Shown: positions 37,684 through 49,464, counted from the first letter of the stretch. The stretch: 64,000 nt of DNA from Gemmatimonadetes bacterium 13_2_20CM_2_65_7 (GCA_001915025.1 MNDR01000083.1:151-64150), one strand, 5' to 3'. The notes: generated by a model not told the origin, from the letters alone. A program made the numbers and translations.

Positions 37684-37775
37684 AATGCGAAATGTGGAAT
37701 GTGGAATGCGGAATTTCGGAGGCAAGCGACGATTCGTCAGGTCAATTCCACATTTCGCATTTCACATTTCGCATT
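37684..37775. repeat. Inverted pair of heptamer tandem arrays (long hairpin)
   Basis: (AATGYGR)x4-AATT, a 28-bp spacer, then AATT-(YCRCATT)x4. The arms pair at 28/32 positions. Confidence 0.9.
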
Positions 37776-37776
37776 A

Positions 37777-38997
37777 CTACTCGTACCGCAGCGCGACAAT
37801 CGGGTCCAGAGCCGCCGCCCGCTTGGCCGGCCAGAGGCCGAAGAACAAGCCGACCAGCGCGCTGAACAAAAACGCGATCAGGATGGCGAATAGGTTAATC
37901 GACGTGTTCCAATGCGCGATCTTGGACAGGCCCACGGCGCCGAGGACGCCGAACAGGATCCCGATCACGCCGCCGACGAGGCATAGCACCAACGCCTCGA
38001 CCAGAAACTGGAACATGATGTTGAAGCGCGTCGCGCCGAGCGCTTTGCGGACGCCGATCTCGCGCGTCCGCTCCGTGACCGAGACCAACATGATGTTCAT
38101 GATCCCGATCCCGCCGACGAGGAGACTGACCGCCGCGATGCCCGCGAGGAGATAAGTGAACGTCTCGGTCGTCTGCTGAAACGTCGCGAGGATATCCGAC
38201 TGGTTGCGGATCTGGAAATCGTTTTCCCCGCCAGGCCGGATCTTGTGCTCACGGCGCATCACACGCTCGATCTCGATCATCGCGAGCGTCATTTGTGGCA
38301 CGCTCGCTGCATCGACCGTGATCGACCGCAGGCGATTGGTGCCCATGATGCGGTAGCGCGCGGTCTGCAGGGGAATGAGAATCTGCTCGTCCGGATTCCC
38401 AAACCCCATCGCGGAACCCTTCGACGACAGCACGCCGATGATTTCAAAGGGAATGCCGCGGATCTGGATCTCCTGCCCGATCATCGCGGCACCATTCGCG
38501 TTGAACATTTCGGGAATGGCCGATCCGAGCACGGCGTAGCGGCGCCGCCCCTCGTCTTCACCGGCCGTGAACATCCGGCCGGCGGTGAAGGTGTAGTTCT
38601 TCACGGTTGGATAATTCGGCGTGGTGCCGACGATGTTCACATTGGCGTTCAGGCCGCCCCGCTTCACTTGAAAGTTGCGGGTCAACTCGGGGACGACGCC
38701 CTTCACGTAGCGCGCACTCGCGGCGAGCGAGTCGGCGTCATCCACGGTCAGGCTGGCACGCTGGTCGAACATGATCGCGACGCCACCGCGGAATGACTGG
38801 CCGGGATAGATGGACAACAGCGTTGGCCCGAGCGCCTGAATGCGTGCCTGCACGGCCTTCTGCGCGCCGCTGCCGAGCGCGACCATCGTGATGACCGCGC
38901 CCACGCCGATGATGATGCCCAGCATCGTGAGAAACGACCGCAGCTTGTTCGCCCGGATCGACTGGAGCGCGACCTGGAAGATCTCGTCGAAGAGCAT
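37777..38997 (-). CDS. MacB-type ABC transporter permease
   Basis: NKLRSFLTMLGIIIGVGAVI, SLLVGGIGIMNIMLVSVTERTREIGVRKALGA and LDPIVALRYE. Confidence 0.95.
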   Translation of the reverse strand: MLFDEIFQVALQSIRANKLRSFLTMLGIIIGVGAVITMVALGSGAQKAVQARIQALGPTLLSIYPGQSFRGGVAIMFDQRASLTVDDADSLAASARYVKGVVPELTRNFQVKRGGLNANVNIVGTTPNYPTVKNYTFTAGRMFTAGEDEGRRRYAVLGSAIPEMFNANGAAMIGQEIQIRGIPFEIIGVLSSKGSAMGFGNPDEQILIPLQTARYRIMGTNRLRSITVDAASVPQMTLAMIEIERVMRREHKIRPGGENDFQIRNQSDILATFQQTTETFTYLLAGIAAVSLLVGGIGIMNIMLVSVTERTREIGVRKALGATRFNIMFQFLVEALVLCLVGGVIGILFGVLGAVGLSKIAHWNTSINLFAILIAFLFSALVGLFFGLWPAKRAAALDPIVALRYE

Positions 38998-38999
38998 CG

Positions 39000-40537
39000 C
39001 TACGGTCTCGTGGGCGTCGCCGCCGGCGGCCGCTGTTGTGTGGTCGTCGGCTGCTGTTGCACGCCAGGCAGGCCACCACCCGTGAAGCTGCGCATGCGCT
39101 GTTGCATGTCGCGCTGGGAATTGAGCAGCGACGCGCTGGGAAGCACGAGTACGGTATCCTGCTCGGTCAGGCCGCTCACCACCTCGATGTAATCGAGGTC
39201 GGAAAGTCCGGTGCGAATCTGCACCGGCGTCGGCTGTCCCTTGCGGAGCGTGAAGACGATGTAGCTGGAGGCGTCGCCTCCACTCCGCCGCATGCCACCG
39301 CCACCGGCTCCTCCTCCACCGCCCCCGCCCCCCCCCGCGCGTTGGAACGCGGCCCGCATGGCCGTCATCACGCTCTGCTCGGCCGGCGTCAGCTCCTGGC
39401 CCGACATCCGCTTCTGAAATGCCGAACGAACCTGCGCTTCGGTCACGCCGGGCGGCAGTTGAATCGTCCGCCCGTCCGGCATGGTCATCGTGTTGCCACC
39501 AGGGGTCGAGTCCCTTCGCGTCGCGGTGCCTCCGCCGAGCGAGGCGCTGTCATGGGTGGTCGGCGTCTGCGGCCGTTGGGCCGCGAGCTGCTGTTGCACC
39601 TGCTGGGGATCGAGCCCGAGGACTTGAGCTGCCGATGCGACGTCGCGCTGAGTCCGCAATGCCGCGTTGGGGATGGCCAGCGCGTTCTGACGCTGCCCAA
39701 CGTGAATCTCGACCTCCGTATTCATCCCCGGCTTGAGGAGATGACTCGGGTTGGGGATGCGCACCAGGACGTTGAACATCGTCACGTTCTGCTGCACGGT
39801 CGCCTGCGGCTCGATCTTCAGGACCGAGCCTTCGAACGGCCGGTTGGGATACGCATCGACCGTAATACTCGCGAGCAGGCCGGGCTGCACCTTGCCGATG
39901 TCGGTCTCGTCCACGAGCGCGCGGATCTGCACGGTATCGAGGTTCGCCATCTTGAACAGCACGGTTCCGCCACCCACGTCCGTCGTCGGGGATGAGATCA
40001 CGGTGCCGAGCTCGACGTTTTTCGTGATGATTGTGCCGGCGAGTGGGGCACGCAGCTTGGTGTCGGTCATGCGGTCGCGCGCGTTCTCGAGGTCGGATTG
40101 CGCGCGGATCACGGCCGCGTTGGCGTTGGCGTAGTCGAGTTTGGACTGATCCCACTCGGTCTGGGTGATCGCCTGCGCCTTGAACAGCGTATCCGAGCGC
40201 GCAAGCTGAGCCTTCGCATTGCTGAGTTGTGCCTGCGCGACCGCCAGGTTCGCCTGCGCCTGCGCGAGGTTGTTGCGCGGGATGCGCGGGTCGATCGAGG
40301 CTAGCAGCTGGTCGGCCTTCACGTCGTCGCCGGTCTGCACGTTCATCCCGATGATCTCGCCGGATGCCTTGGACTTCACGTCCACCGTGAGCACCGGTTC
40401 GATGGCGCCGGATGCCGACGCCGACACCACGATGTTGCGGCGCTCGACCGGGACCGCCTCGTACGACAGGTTCGGCTGCGTCTTGTGGCAGGCGATGACG
40501 GCGGCGAGGAGTACCACCACCGCGCGACTAGGAGTTG

Positions 40538-40541
<4 letters not shown>
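39000..40541 (-). CDS. MacA-type periplasmic adaptor (membrane fusion protein)
   Basis: [11 protein letters not shown], coiled-coil hairpin, [18 protein letters not shown] and LLKPGM. Gly-rich C-terminal insert. Confidence 0.92.
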
Positions 40542-41277
<736 letters not shown>

Positions 41278-41281
<4 letters not shown>

Positions 41282-42576
41282 AGCGTCCGTCCTACCACTG
41301 CCTCGAGTTGCGCGCGGGCAATCAGATAATCGAAGCGCACCTGAACGAGGTTTTGCTCCGCCGTGGTGAGTGCCGTCTGTGACGTGAGAAGATCGAGAAT
41401 CGTCGCGGCGCCGACGCGGTACCGCTCGTTCTGCACGCGGAGATCCTCGGTCGCGGCGGCCACATTCGTCTCGGCGATCGAGATCTTTTCGAAGGCGGTC
41501 GCCAAGGCGGCGATTTCCTGCGTGAGCTGGGCGCTGACCTGCCGGCGCGTGTCGGCCGCGCGTGCTTGCGCTTCGTCGCGAGCGACGACGGCCGAGGTGA
41601 GCTGTTTCTCGCGCGAGAATCCGTTGAACAGATTCCACTGGCCGCTGAAGATGACACGCCACCCCGACGAGTAACCATCAGTCGATGTCCAGGGAGCCAC
41701 GGAACCCGAGTAGGAATTGCCGACCGATACGCTGAAGGTTGGCCAATACTGAGCGCGCGAAATCCCGACCTGCGCGCCGAGCGCCCGCGCCTGAGCATCA
41801 GCCTGTTGGACCTGCGGCGTGTTCGCGATCACGGATTGGCGCAAGTCCGTCGTGTCCGGCAGTGGAGGAAGGACGCTGTCCGGGACGGCGCGCACGAGCG
41901 CGTCGACACCGATCTGGCGGCCGAGATTCGCTTGAGCCGTCTCCAGGTTCGCCTGGGCCTGCAACAGTACGATGCGTGAGTTGCCATAGTCCACGAGCGA
42001 ACGGAGCGAATCGGAACGCGTCGCGGAGCCGGCGTGCAGTTTGTCCACCGAGATCCGCAACTGCTGCTCGGCCCGACGCACCTGCGCTGCGGCGACACGC
42101 ACGAGGTCCTCGGTGGCGAGAGCGTTATAGAACGCCTGTTTCGTCTGGAGCGTGACCTGAAAGCGCTGGTTCACTACGCCTGCTTCGGCTGCGTCCTGCG
42201 ATGCATGCGACGAACGCATGTCGGCCAGTCTGCTAAAGCCATCGAACAGGACCAGACTCGCGCTCAGTCCGCCGTTGAAGGCCGTCGACGCGGGAAGCGT
42301 CAGCGTTTGGTTGGTCGAAGAGTTGAACCGCGTCCCGCCAATTCTCTGGGAAGAGCCGCTGGCGGACACGGTCGGGAGATACGAGCCGAGGCTCGATCGC
42401 ATCGCCGCGCCGGCACTGCGCTGATCGCCGCGCGCCTGCACCATCGCCGGCTGCACCTGCAACGCGCGCTCGACCGCTTCGTTGAGCGTGACTTCCTTTT
42501 GGGCTGGTTGCTGCGACGCGAGGCGCCCGCGCGGGAAAGCCGCCAGGGCCAACAGCACAGCGAAAGGCCACCGCAT
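41278..42576 (-). CDS. TolC family outer-membrane efflux protein
   Basis: Signal peptide, two OEP repeats (YLPTVS..., YWPTFS...), and [17 protein letters not shown]. Confidence 0.92.
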
Positions 42577-42980
42577 TAGTTGGGTCCCCCTCCCCCGCGT
42601 TCCCCGGAGTTCTCTCTACGGTGATGCTCTGCGTTGTCGATCAGTCGCTGATGCTTCTCCCGCTGTGCGGGCGTGAGCTGGGCGTCGATCTCGGCGCGCA
42701 TCCGGGCCTTGATCGAGTCGAAGCGCGGGCGGACCTGCGCCCACAGGGAATCGGTCTCGGGACGGTGGCGCTCGAAGATCGCGCGCACCGAGTCCCGTTG
42801 AGCGGTGCTGAGATCCAGCTCACGGCTCAGATATGCGACGATGGCGTCCGGGCCGCGGCGTCCGCGCATTCCCGCATCATCGCGCTCGGCGGCAGCGTGG
42901 CCGCCCCAACCTGCGAGGCCACCCGCCAGAAAAACGGCGGCGAGCAGTCCGACGGCGGCGAGTTTCGGTTTATTCAGCAT
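42576..42980 (-). CDS. Periplasmic Spy/CpxP/ZraP-like helical protein
   Basis: N-terminal TM/signal and two LTxxQ-like motifs (LDLSTAQ, LTPAQ). Confidence 0.7.
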   Translation of the reverse strand: MLNKPKLAAVGLLAAVFLAGGLAGWGGHAAAERDDAGMRGRRGPDAIVAYLSRELDLSTAQRDSVRAIFERHRPETDSLWAQVRPRFDSIKARMRAEIDAQLTPAQREKHQRLIDNAEHHRRENSGERGGGGPN

Positions 42981-42998
42981 GGCTCCTCGATAGTTCCT

Positions 42999-43400
42999 TT
43001 AGCGTTGCTCTACTAATGCAGTGAACACGATGCTCGGATCAGGCGGAGACGGCGCCGTGACGAGCGCTGCGACGCCGCGTCCGGGTCCACCGACCGCGGC
43101 GGAGGCGATCGCGGCATCCATCGATACCGGAGCGGCTCCACCACCGGCCCCGGCGAACAAAACCGTGCGGCCGATGAGGAAACCGGCGATCAGCGCCGCC
43201 GCGGCTGCGGCAACGCCCGGGCGGAACCACGACGCGAGCACGTCCCACGTCGGGACCGTCGCCCGCCGCAGTGCCTCGTCATATCCTGCCATCACGCGAG
43301 CGACGAACGCGGACTGGCCGTCCCTGGGCTCGAGGGCCGCCCGCAACGCGGCCGCGAGCTCCGGGTCCGGACGATGGTCGAACATCTGCGAGTCTGTCAT
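42999..43400 (-). CDS. Putative single-TM anti-sigma factor
   Basis: Coupled to the ECF sigma stop; FVARVM motif and one TM segment. Confidence 0.6.
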   Translation of the reverse strand: MTDSQMFDHRPDPELAAALRAALEPRDGQSAFVARVMAGYDEALRRATVPTWDVLASWFRPGVAAAAAALIAGFLIGRTVLFAGAGGGAAPVSMDAAIASAAVGGPGRGVAALVTAPSPPDPSIVFTALVEQR

Positions 43401-44035
43401 TTCACCTGCTCCTTCCAATCAGCCAGAAGTGCTCGTAACCGGCGACGCCCGTGAAATACCTCCGAACGTACAGTTCCTTCGGGTACTCCCAGCATGCCGG
43501 CGATCTCGGCGTGCGAATATCCCTCGACGTCGAACAGTACCACCGCGGTGCGCCGCCGCTCCGGCAGCTCGGCCAGCGCGGCGCGCAAACGATCGCCCAA
43601 CTCACTCTGCACTGCTGCCGCATCGGGCCGGGGCCCGCCGCCAACCAGCGCAGGATCGAGCGGCTCCGCACGCCGCACGCTACGGCGGCGACGCCGGTCG
43701 GTCGCGGCGTTGGCGACGATCCGCATCAGCCATGGGCCGAACGGACGCCGGGCATCATATTGGGCGAGCTTCACCAGGGCTGAGAGAAAGCCGTCCTGCG
43801 CGGCGTCATCGGCGTCATCGGGATCCCCTAACACCGCCCGTGCGACCCGGCGCGCTTGTGCCGCATAGCGCTCCACCAACTCCCCGAATGCCGCACGGTC
43901 GCCGGCCAGGGTCTTGGCAACAAGCCCCCGGTCGTCTCCTTCGCTTCCCATACGCTTTGCCCCGCCCGGGGGTTGGGACGGGGAGGGGGGCGGGGGCGGG
44001 GGCGGGGGCGGGGGCATCCCTGCTTCAGCGGGCAT
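43397..44035 (-). CDS. ECF RNA polymerase sigma factor
   Basis: GD..AFGELV, DADDAAQDGF, WLMRIVAN and YSHAEIAGMLGVPEGTVRS. The true start may be 43951, after the poly-Pro stretch. Confidence 0.93.
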   Translation of the reverse strand: MPAEAGMPPPPPPPPPPSPSQPPGGAKRMGSEGDDRGLVAKTLAGDRAAFGELVERYAAQARRVARAVLGDPDDADDAAQDGFLSALVKLAQYDARRPFGPWLMRIVANAATDRRRRRSVRRAEPLDPALVGGGPRPDAAAVQSELGDRLRAALAELPERRRTAVVLFDVEGYSHAEIAGMLGVPEGTVRSEVFHGRRRLRALLADWKEQVK

Positions 44036-45428
44036 CGGTCTCGCGGCGGCGCCGCCGTCTCGCGACCGTATAGCCCGCCAGCCACAGCGACGTCGCCAAC
44101 GCCCCCACTGCGAGCACGGCGCTCGCGGTGAGCGGGAAGAGAATCAGGCACACGCCGATGACCGCAAATAGACCCGCCGCCGCCCCGGCGAGCATTCGGC
44201 GGGCGCCGCCCGCCGCCTGCATGAGTGCAACGGCCGCCACCGCCTGCCGCTCCCGCAGCGACCGCTTGTAGTACGATGGCGCCCCCTCGCCCGCCGACGT
44301 CGGGGCGACGGCTGCCGCAGCCACGAGTTTCGGCGGCAGTGGCAGACGGCGCCGCGCCTTGAGCACGATCTCCCGGCTCTGCGCCATATCGTGCAGAAAC
44401 TGCGTCGCCAATGTGGCCGTGAGACCGTCGGCCTCCGTCACGAGGTCGAGCTCGTAATTCCCGAACAGGCTCGAGACGTTGAGGTTGCTCGACCCCACGC
44501 GAGCCCAATCGTGATCGGCGACGAGCGTTTTCGCGTGCAGCATCGGTCCGCGGAATTCGAAGATGCGGGCGCCGGCATGCAGCAGCTCGCGATATCCGCT
44601 GCGCGTGAAGATGCGAACGATCGGCACGTCGGTGGTGCCGGGCAGGAGCAGCCGGACGTCCACGCCGCTGCGGGCCGCGTCGACGAAGGCAGCATAGAGC
44701 GGAGGCGGAGCGATGAGATATGCGTCGGTTATCCAGAGCCGCTCCGTGACCGCGGCGGCGAGCAATTGCACGGCGCGGTAGATGCGTGACTGTCCCGGAA
44801 GGCCCTCGACGACGCGCACGCCCGAGGGCCCACATTCTTCGTTCGTTCCCGCCGCTTCGTCTACGGGAAGCGCCGGGCCGGCGCGCGCCCACATCCGGGC
44901 AAAGGCGCCTTCGAGCGCCGCCACGGCGGGACCGCAGACCACGACCATCGTGTCACGCCACGCCCGCCGCCCCAGCGCCGGATCGCCGGACCATTCGTTG
45001 CCGATACACAACCCGCCTGTCATGGCCCGATAACCGTCCACGACGAGCAGCTTGCGGTGATCGCGACTGAAGGCCTCGATAGGGCCGCTCGTCCAGATCG
45101 GCCGAAACGGCCGCACGTCCACGCCGTGCTGCCGGAGGTCGCGCCAAAACGCATGGCTGGTGCTGCGGCATCCGAAGGCGTCGTACAGCACGCGCACATG
45201 CACGCCGGCGCGGGCGCGCTCGACCCATGCCGTCGCGAACCGGCGACCGGTGCGATCGTCGTGGATGATGTAGTTCTCGAAATGCACCGATCGCTGGGCG
45301 CCGGCAATCATCTCGAGCATCGTCTCGAGCGCATCCCGGCTCACGGCGATGTGGCGGACGATGTTGCCGGGAATCGGTCGCGCGCCGGTGGCACGATCGA
45401 GAGCGCTCGAGAACGGGTGTGCGGTCAC
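44025..45428 (-). CDS. cls: Cardiolipin synthase-like phospholipase D
   Basis: Two HKD motifs (HRKLLVVD, HAKTLVAD), plus WRDT and VGSSNLN. GTG overlaps the upstream stop. Confidence 0.88.
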   Translation of the reverse strand: MTAHPFSSALDRATGARPIPGNIVRHIAVSRDALETMLEMIAGAQRSVHFENYIIHDDRTGRRFATAWVERARAGVHVRVLYDAFGCRSTSHAFWRDLRQHGVDVRPFRPIWTSGPIEAFSRDHRKLLVVDGYRAMTGGLCIGNEWSGDPALGRRAWRDTMVVVCGPAVAALEGAFARMWARAGPALPVDEAAGTNEECGPSGVRVVEGLPGQSRIYRAVQLLAAAVTERLWITDAYLIAPPPLYAAFVDAARSGVDVRLLLPGTTDVPIVRIFTRSGYRELLHAGARIFEFRGPMLHAKTLVADHDWARVGSSNLNVSSLFGNYELDLVTEADGLTATLATQFLHDMAQSREIVLKARRRLPLPPKLVAAAAVAPTSAGEGAPSYYKRSLRERQAVAAVALMQAAGGARRMLAGAAAGLFAVIGVCLILFPLTASAVLAVGALATSLWLAGYTVARRRRRRETDAR

Positions 45429-45997
45429 CCTCCGAGGCCCAACGTCGGCTCGACCGGCCGGAGCGCTTGAATACAAAAGGCGACGTGCTCGTCGAGGGGC
45501 ACACCCAGCTCCTCGGCCCCCTGGCGAACCTCGTCGCGGTTCACGCCGCGCGCGAAGGCTTTGTCCTTGAGCTTCTTCTTGACGGACGAAACCTCCAGAT
45601 CGGCAAAACTCTTCGAGGGGCGCACGAGGGCGCAGGCAACCAGGAATCCACACAGCTCGTCGACCGCGAAGAGCGTCTTCGCCAGAGGCGTGTCGCGCGG
45701 TACGCCGGAATAGGTGGCGTGTCCGAGAATCGCCCGGCAGAGGGGCTCCGGGACTCCGCGCGACCGCAGGATGCCGACGCCCCAGGCGGGGTGCCCCTCC
45801 GTCGCGGAATGCTCCTGATTGGGAAACGTTTCGTAATCGAAGTCGTGCAGCAGACCGACCAGTCCCCACGGCTCCGGATCTTCGCCGAATTTCGCGGCGT
45901 AGGCCCGCATCGCCGCCTCGACCGCCAGCATGTGCTGGCGCAGCGACGGACTCTTCGTGTGCTCGTGCATGAGTGCGAGCGCTTCTTCGCGCGTCAC
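45425..45997 (-). CDS. HD-domain (HDIG-type) phosphohydrolase
   Basis: HMLAVEAAM, GLLHDFDYE, LFAVDELCG and KDKAFARGVNR. Confidence 0.9.
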   Translation of the reverse strand: MTREEALALMHEHTKSPSLRQHMLAVEAAMRAYAAKFGEDPEPWGLVGLLHDFDYETFPNQEHSATEGHPAWGVGILRSRGVPEPLCRAILGHATYSGVPRDTPLAKTLFAVDELCGFLVACALVRPSKSFADLEVSSVKKKLKDKAFARGVNRDEVRQGAEELGVPLDEHVAFCIQALRPVEPTLGLGG

Positions 45998-47805
45998 GGT
46001 CCGATGTCCACTCCCCAACGCTCCGCCCACAACCCGAGCATCAACTGCGGCCACAGGCGGCGAGCGTGGTTGCGTTTTCCCGACCGGTGCTCCACCAGGA
46101 GCGGTGTGTCCAACAGTCGGTCGGCCAGCGGCGCCAATCCAGTGTTGAGCCAGCGCGCCACCGGCACCGACAAGCCGCGTTTCCGGCGATTAATCACCCT
46201 GTCAGGCACGAGTCCGCGGGCTGCTTCCTTTAATATCGCCTTGGTGGTGAGGCCACGCACCTTGAGCCGCGACGGCGCAGGCAAGACCAGCTCCATGACC
46301 TCACGATCCAGGAACGGCGCTCGCGCCTCGACGGACGCGAGCATGGTCGCACGATCCACCTTGACCAGCAGGTCGTCGGGCAAATAGGTCAGAAAATCGA
46401 ACCAGAGAATGCGGTTCACTGGGTCGTCATGCGGGAACCGGTCGAGCTTGCACGCGAGCTCCGTGATCACGCCGTCCTCGATCGCCGTCGCGCCGAGCCA
46501 GGTGAGGTGGCGTTCCATCCAGGGGAGGTCGGTCGCCGCCAAAAACTGCTTCACCATGAACTCGAGCGTCATCTTGCCGGTCGATGACGGCCAACGATCG
46601 ATGGCCCAACGAAAAATGTGGCGGAATGGTTTGGGTACGCGCTGCCAGCGCTCCGCAAACTTGTGACCGAGATACGTCGGATAACCACCGAACAGCTCGT
46701 CCGCGCCCTCGCCGGAGAGAATCACCTTGACGTGCTCGCGGGCCGCCTCCGCCAGCAGCCAGGTCGGGAGCACTGCGGGGTCGCCGAGCGGCTCAGCGAG
46801 TGTTTGGGAGACGACGTCGAGTGCGCGACCGAGCGACTCGTCATCGGCCGTAACGACGTGGTGGATCGTCGCGATGTCGTGGGTCACGGCTTCGGCATAC
46901 ATGCTTTCGTCGTAGCCGCGCTCGACGAACCGTACGGCGTACGTATGGATGCGCTCGCCAGGCATGCTTCGCGCCGCTGCCGCGACGAGAACGGATGAAT
47001 CGAGACCGCCGCTGGTAAAGACGCCGAGCGGTACGTCCGACATCAACTCGCGCGTCACCGCGCGCAGTAACGTGTCCCGGAGCTCCGCAGGACTGTCGAG
47101 TGTGAGTCTGGATGGCTTGCTCGCTGCTTCCGCGGCGCTCCAATACGACCGAATCTCGGTGCGGCCGCCTTCTGCGATGAGCAATGAAGCGGGGGGCAGC
47201 TTATGGATGCCCTCGAACATTGTATACGGAGCCGGCACATAGCCGAGCGCGCGATACAGCGACAAGGCTTTGCGATTGACGCGCCGGAGTTGATCGGGGA
47301 ATTCAAGGAGCGCCTGTACCTCGGAAGCGAAGCGCAGCTCTCCGTTCAGCTCGGTCCAGAACAGCGGCTTCTCTCCCGCGCGATCGCGCGCGAGCAACAG
47401 CCGCTCGCGCGCATCGTCCCAGACCGCCAGTCCAAACATCCCCTCGAGCCGGGCAACCGCGTCGGCGCCGAAGCGCTCGTAGAAGGGCACGATTGTTTCG
47501 ATGTCGCCACGCGAGCGGAACGGATAGCCCCACGTCGCTGCTTCACGTCGCAGATCATTGGCGTTGTAGATCTCGCCATTACACACCATCCAGATCTTGC
47601 CATTGGGGCTTTGGAACGGTTGATCGCCGGTCGTGAGATCCATGATGGCGAGCCGGCGGGCGCCGATGCGCGCGCGCTCATGCCCGACGATGCATTCGCC
47701 ATCCGGCCCGCGGTGTTTGAGGGCCGCGGCCATGCGAGGGATCGATTCTGGGTGGCGCAGCGTCGCGCCCCCCGTGCGCGCTACCGCGCCGAAGATGCCG
47801 CACAT
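45994..47805 (-). CDS. asnB: Asparagine synthase (glutamine-hydrolysing) family amidotransferase
   Basis: MCGIFG, HRGPD, NGEIYN, SGGLDSS, SGEGADELFGGY and KVDRATM. Confidence 0.93.
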   Translation of the reverse strand: MCGIFGAVARTGGATLRHPESIPRMAAALKHRGPDGECIVGHERARIGARRLAIMDLTTGDQPFQSPNGKIWMVCNGEIYNANDLRREAATWGYPFRSRGDIETIVPFYERFGADAVARLEGMFGLAVWDDARERLLLARDRAGEKPLFWTELNGELRFASEVQALLEFPDQLRRVNRKALSLYRALGYVPAPYTMFEGIHKLPPASLLIAEGGRTEIRSYWSAAEAASKPSRLTLDSPAELRDTLLRAVTRELMSDVPLGVFTSGGLDSSVLVAAAARSMPGERIHTYAVRFVERGYDESMYAEAVTHDIATIHHVVTADDESLGRALDVVSQTLAEPLGDPAVLPTWLLAEAAREHVKVILSGEGADELFGGYPTYLGHKFAERWQRVPKPFRHIFRWAIDRWPSSTGKMTLEFMVKQFLAATDLPWMERHLTWLGATAIEDGVITELACKLDRFPHDDPVNRILWFDFLTYLPDDLLVKVDRATMLASVEARAPFLDREVMELVLPAPSRLKVRGLTTKAILKEAARGLVPDRVINRRKRGLSVPVARWLNTGLAPLADRLLDTPLLVEHRSGKRNHARRLWPQLMLGLWAERWGVDIGP

Positions 47806-49442
47806 GGTCCATAGGCCGCGTAGCGGCCTTCGACGGCGAGCAGCGGAAGCTGTGGATCGAGTAAAGCGCGAGTGCGCGCATCTCCGGCGCTTGTCACGAA
47901 GACGGTCGGGACGTCGCATTGCTGCAGCCGTTCACGCCAGTAATCGGCGGGCTTGAGTGGTGAATCGGGGATCTGCGCGTAGCGCTCGTAGCAATCAGCG
48001 ATGAACGTACTCGTCAGCTCGCGTCCGTTGGCGGTGGCGACGGGAACTGGCCGTCGCAGGTAGAACGGCAACGACGGGGGAAAGGCGCTGATTCCCAGAA
48101 CGGCGGTCGACCCGCGCCCGCTGCTTTCAATCACCTGCGCCAGCGTCTTGGCGGACCGGTCGTCCCCAATCGCGACGCGGAGGCGATGCGACACGAACGG
48201 GATAGTGAGCACGACGATCGTATAGCCCATCATCCCCAGGGCAGGGCGGAGCCGGACAGGACGACCCGCATACCAGATCAGCGCCGCAGAAATGAGCAGC
48301 GCCACGCCCAGCGCCAAGGCGGTCGGCGGGATGGCCGCGCGCTCAGCCGGCGTAAGACTGATCGGAGCCGGCAACCACAGCGTCAACGATGCCAGCGCCA
48401 CTCCGAACAGCGTGGCGATAATGAGGTACGTGCGCCTTCCGGCGGTGAGCCCACCGCCGAGCTCGGTTGCCTGCGCGGTGAGCACTCGCGCCGCGCCGAT
48501 GGCGAACGGCGGCATGAGCGGCAAGACGTACTGCGGCAGCTTCGACTTGTTGATCGTGAAGAACAGTAGCGGGCCGAGAACCCAGCAGGCCAGGAGAATG
48601 GTTTCCTGTGCCCGCGGATTCACGCGCCGCGCGAGCCAGGCCCAGCGCCAGGTCCTCCACCGTGCCAGCGCCGGCACGATCCACGGGAACGCGGCAATGG
48701 GCACGATCGGCAGGTAATACCAGAACGGCGCGGTACGATGAAAGCGTGTCGTCGTCACGCGCTCGAACGTCTCACGCACGAACACGTAGTGCGGAAAGTC
48801 CGGAATCCGTGCCGATACCGCGAGAAACCAGGGAAGCGCGACGAGCAGAAACACACCCAGTCCCGCGAGCGGAAAGAATCGCCGCAGCGGCCGGCCAGCG
48901 AGCAACGCAAACGGCACCACGGTGGCGAGTGGAATCAGAATCGCGATGGGGCCCTTGGTAATCGACCCTACGCCGATCGCCGCCCACGCCAGCAGCGGCC
49001 GATCCTCCCAGAACGCCAGAATGGCGAGGGTGGTACAGAACGCGAGCGCACTGTCGAAAATCGTAGTCCGCGCGTAGGCGAGCACGAGCGGCATCGTCGC
49101 GAGCGCGAGTCCCGCGAGCCAGCCGGTATCGGCACCCCAACGCCGGCGCGCGAAGCGAACCACGACCACGAGCGTCGCAATGGTGAAGAGCAGCGCGGGC
49201 AGGCGGGCGGCGGTTTCATTGGGCCCGAGCACCTTCATCGTCACCGCGGCGGCGGCGAAATACACGATCGGCTTGTCGAGATAGGGAAGACCATTGAGAT
49301 GCGGCAGCACGAAGTCGTTCGTCTCCGCCATCTCGCGGGCGACTTCCGCGTTGCGTCCTTCGTCGGGATCGAACAGCGGATAGCCGCCGAGGTCGAAGCC
49401 GAGGGCGAGAACGGCGGCGAGCAGCAGCAACGGCAGCCGCAC
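47781..49442 (-). CDS. ArnT/GT39-like (GT-C) membrane glycosyltransferase
   Basis: DPDEGRNAEVAREM, PYLDKP, ARLP, TKGP and SKLPQYVLP. Confidence 0.88.
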   Translation of the reverse strand: MRLPLLLLAAVLALGFDLGGYPLFDPDEGRNAEVAREMAETNDFVLPHLNGLPYLDKPIVYFAAAAVTMKVLGPNETAARLPALLFTIATLVVVVRFARRRWGADTGWLAGLALATMPLVLAYARTTIFDSALAFCTTLAILAFWEDRPLLAWAAIGVGSITKGPIAILIPLATVVPFALLAGRPLRRFFPLAGLGVFLLVALPWFLAVSARIPDFPHYVFVRETFERVTTTRFHRTAPFWYYLPIVPIAAFPWIVPALARWRTWRWAWLARRVNPRAQETILLACWVLGPLLFFTINKSKLPQYVLPLMPPFAIGAARVLTAQATELGGGLTAGRRTYLIIATLFGVALASLTLWLPAPISLTPAERAAIPPTALALGVALLISAALIWYAGRPVRLRPALGMMGYTIVVLTIPFVSHRLRVAIGDDRSAKTLAQVIESSGRGSTAVLGISAFPPSLPFYLRRPVPVATANGRELTSTFIADCYERYAQIPDSPLKPADYWRERLQQCDVPTVFVTSAGDARTRALLDPQLPLLAVEGRYAAYGPCAASSAR

Positions 49443-49464
49443 GTAGGCGCCGAGCGGCAGAGTG

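Noticed and set aside
37684-37775. Possible CRISPR array or intrinsic terminator
   Set aside because: Units are 7 bp with no unique spacers and no cas genes nearby, and there is no U-tract. Kept as a repeat instead.
45994-47805. Lasso peptide cyclase (AsnB-like)
   Set aside because: It has an intact N-terminal Cys glutaminase domain (MCGI), and no B1/B2 protein or precursor peptide is adjacent.
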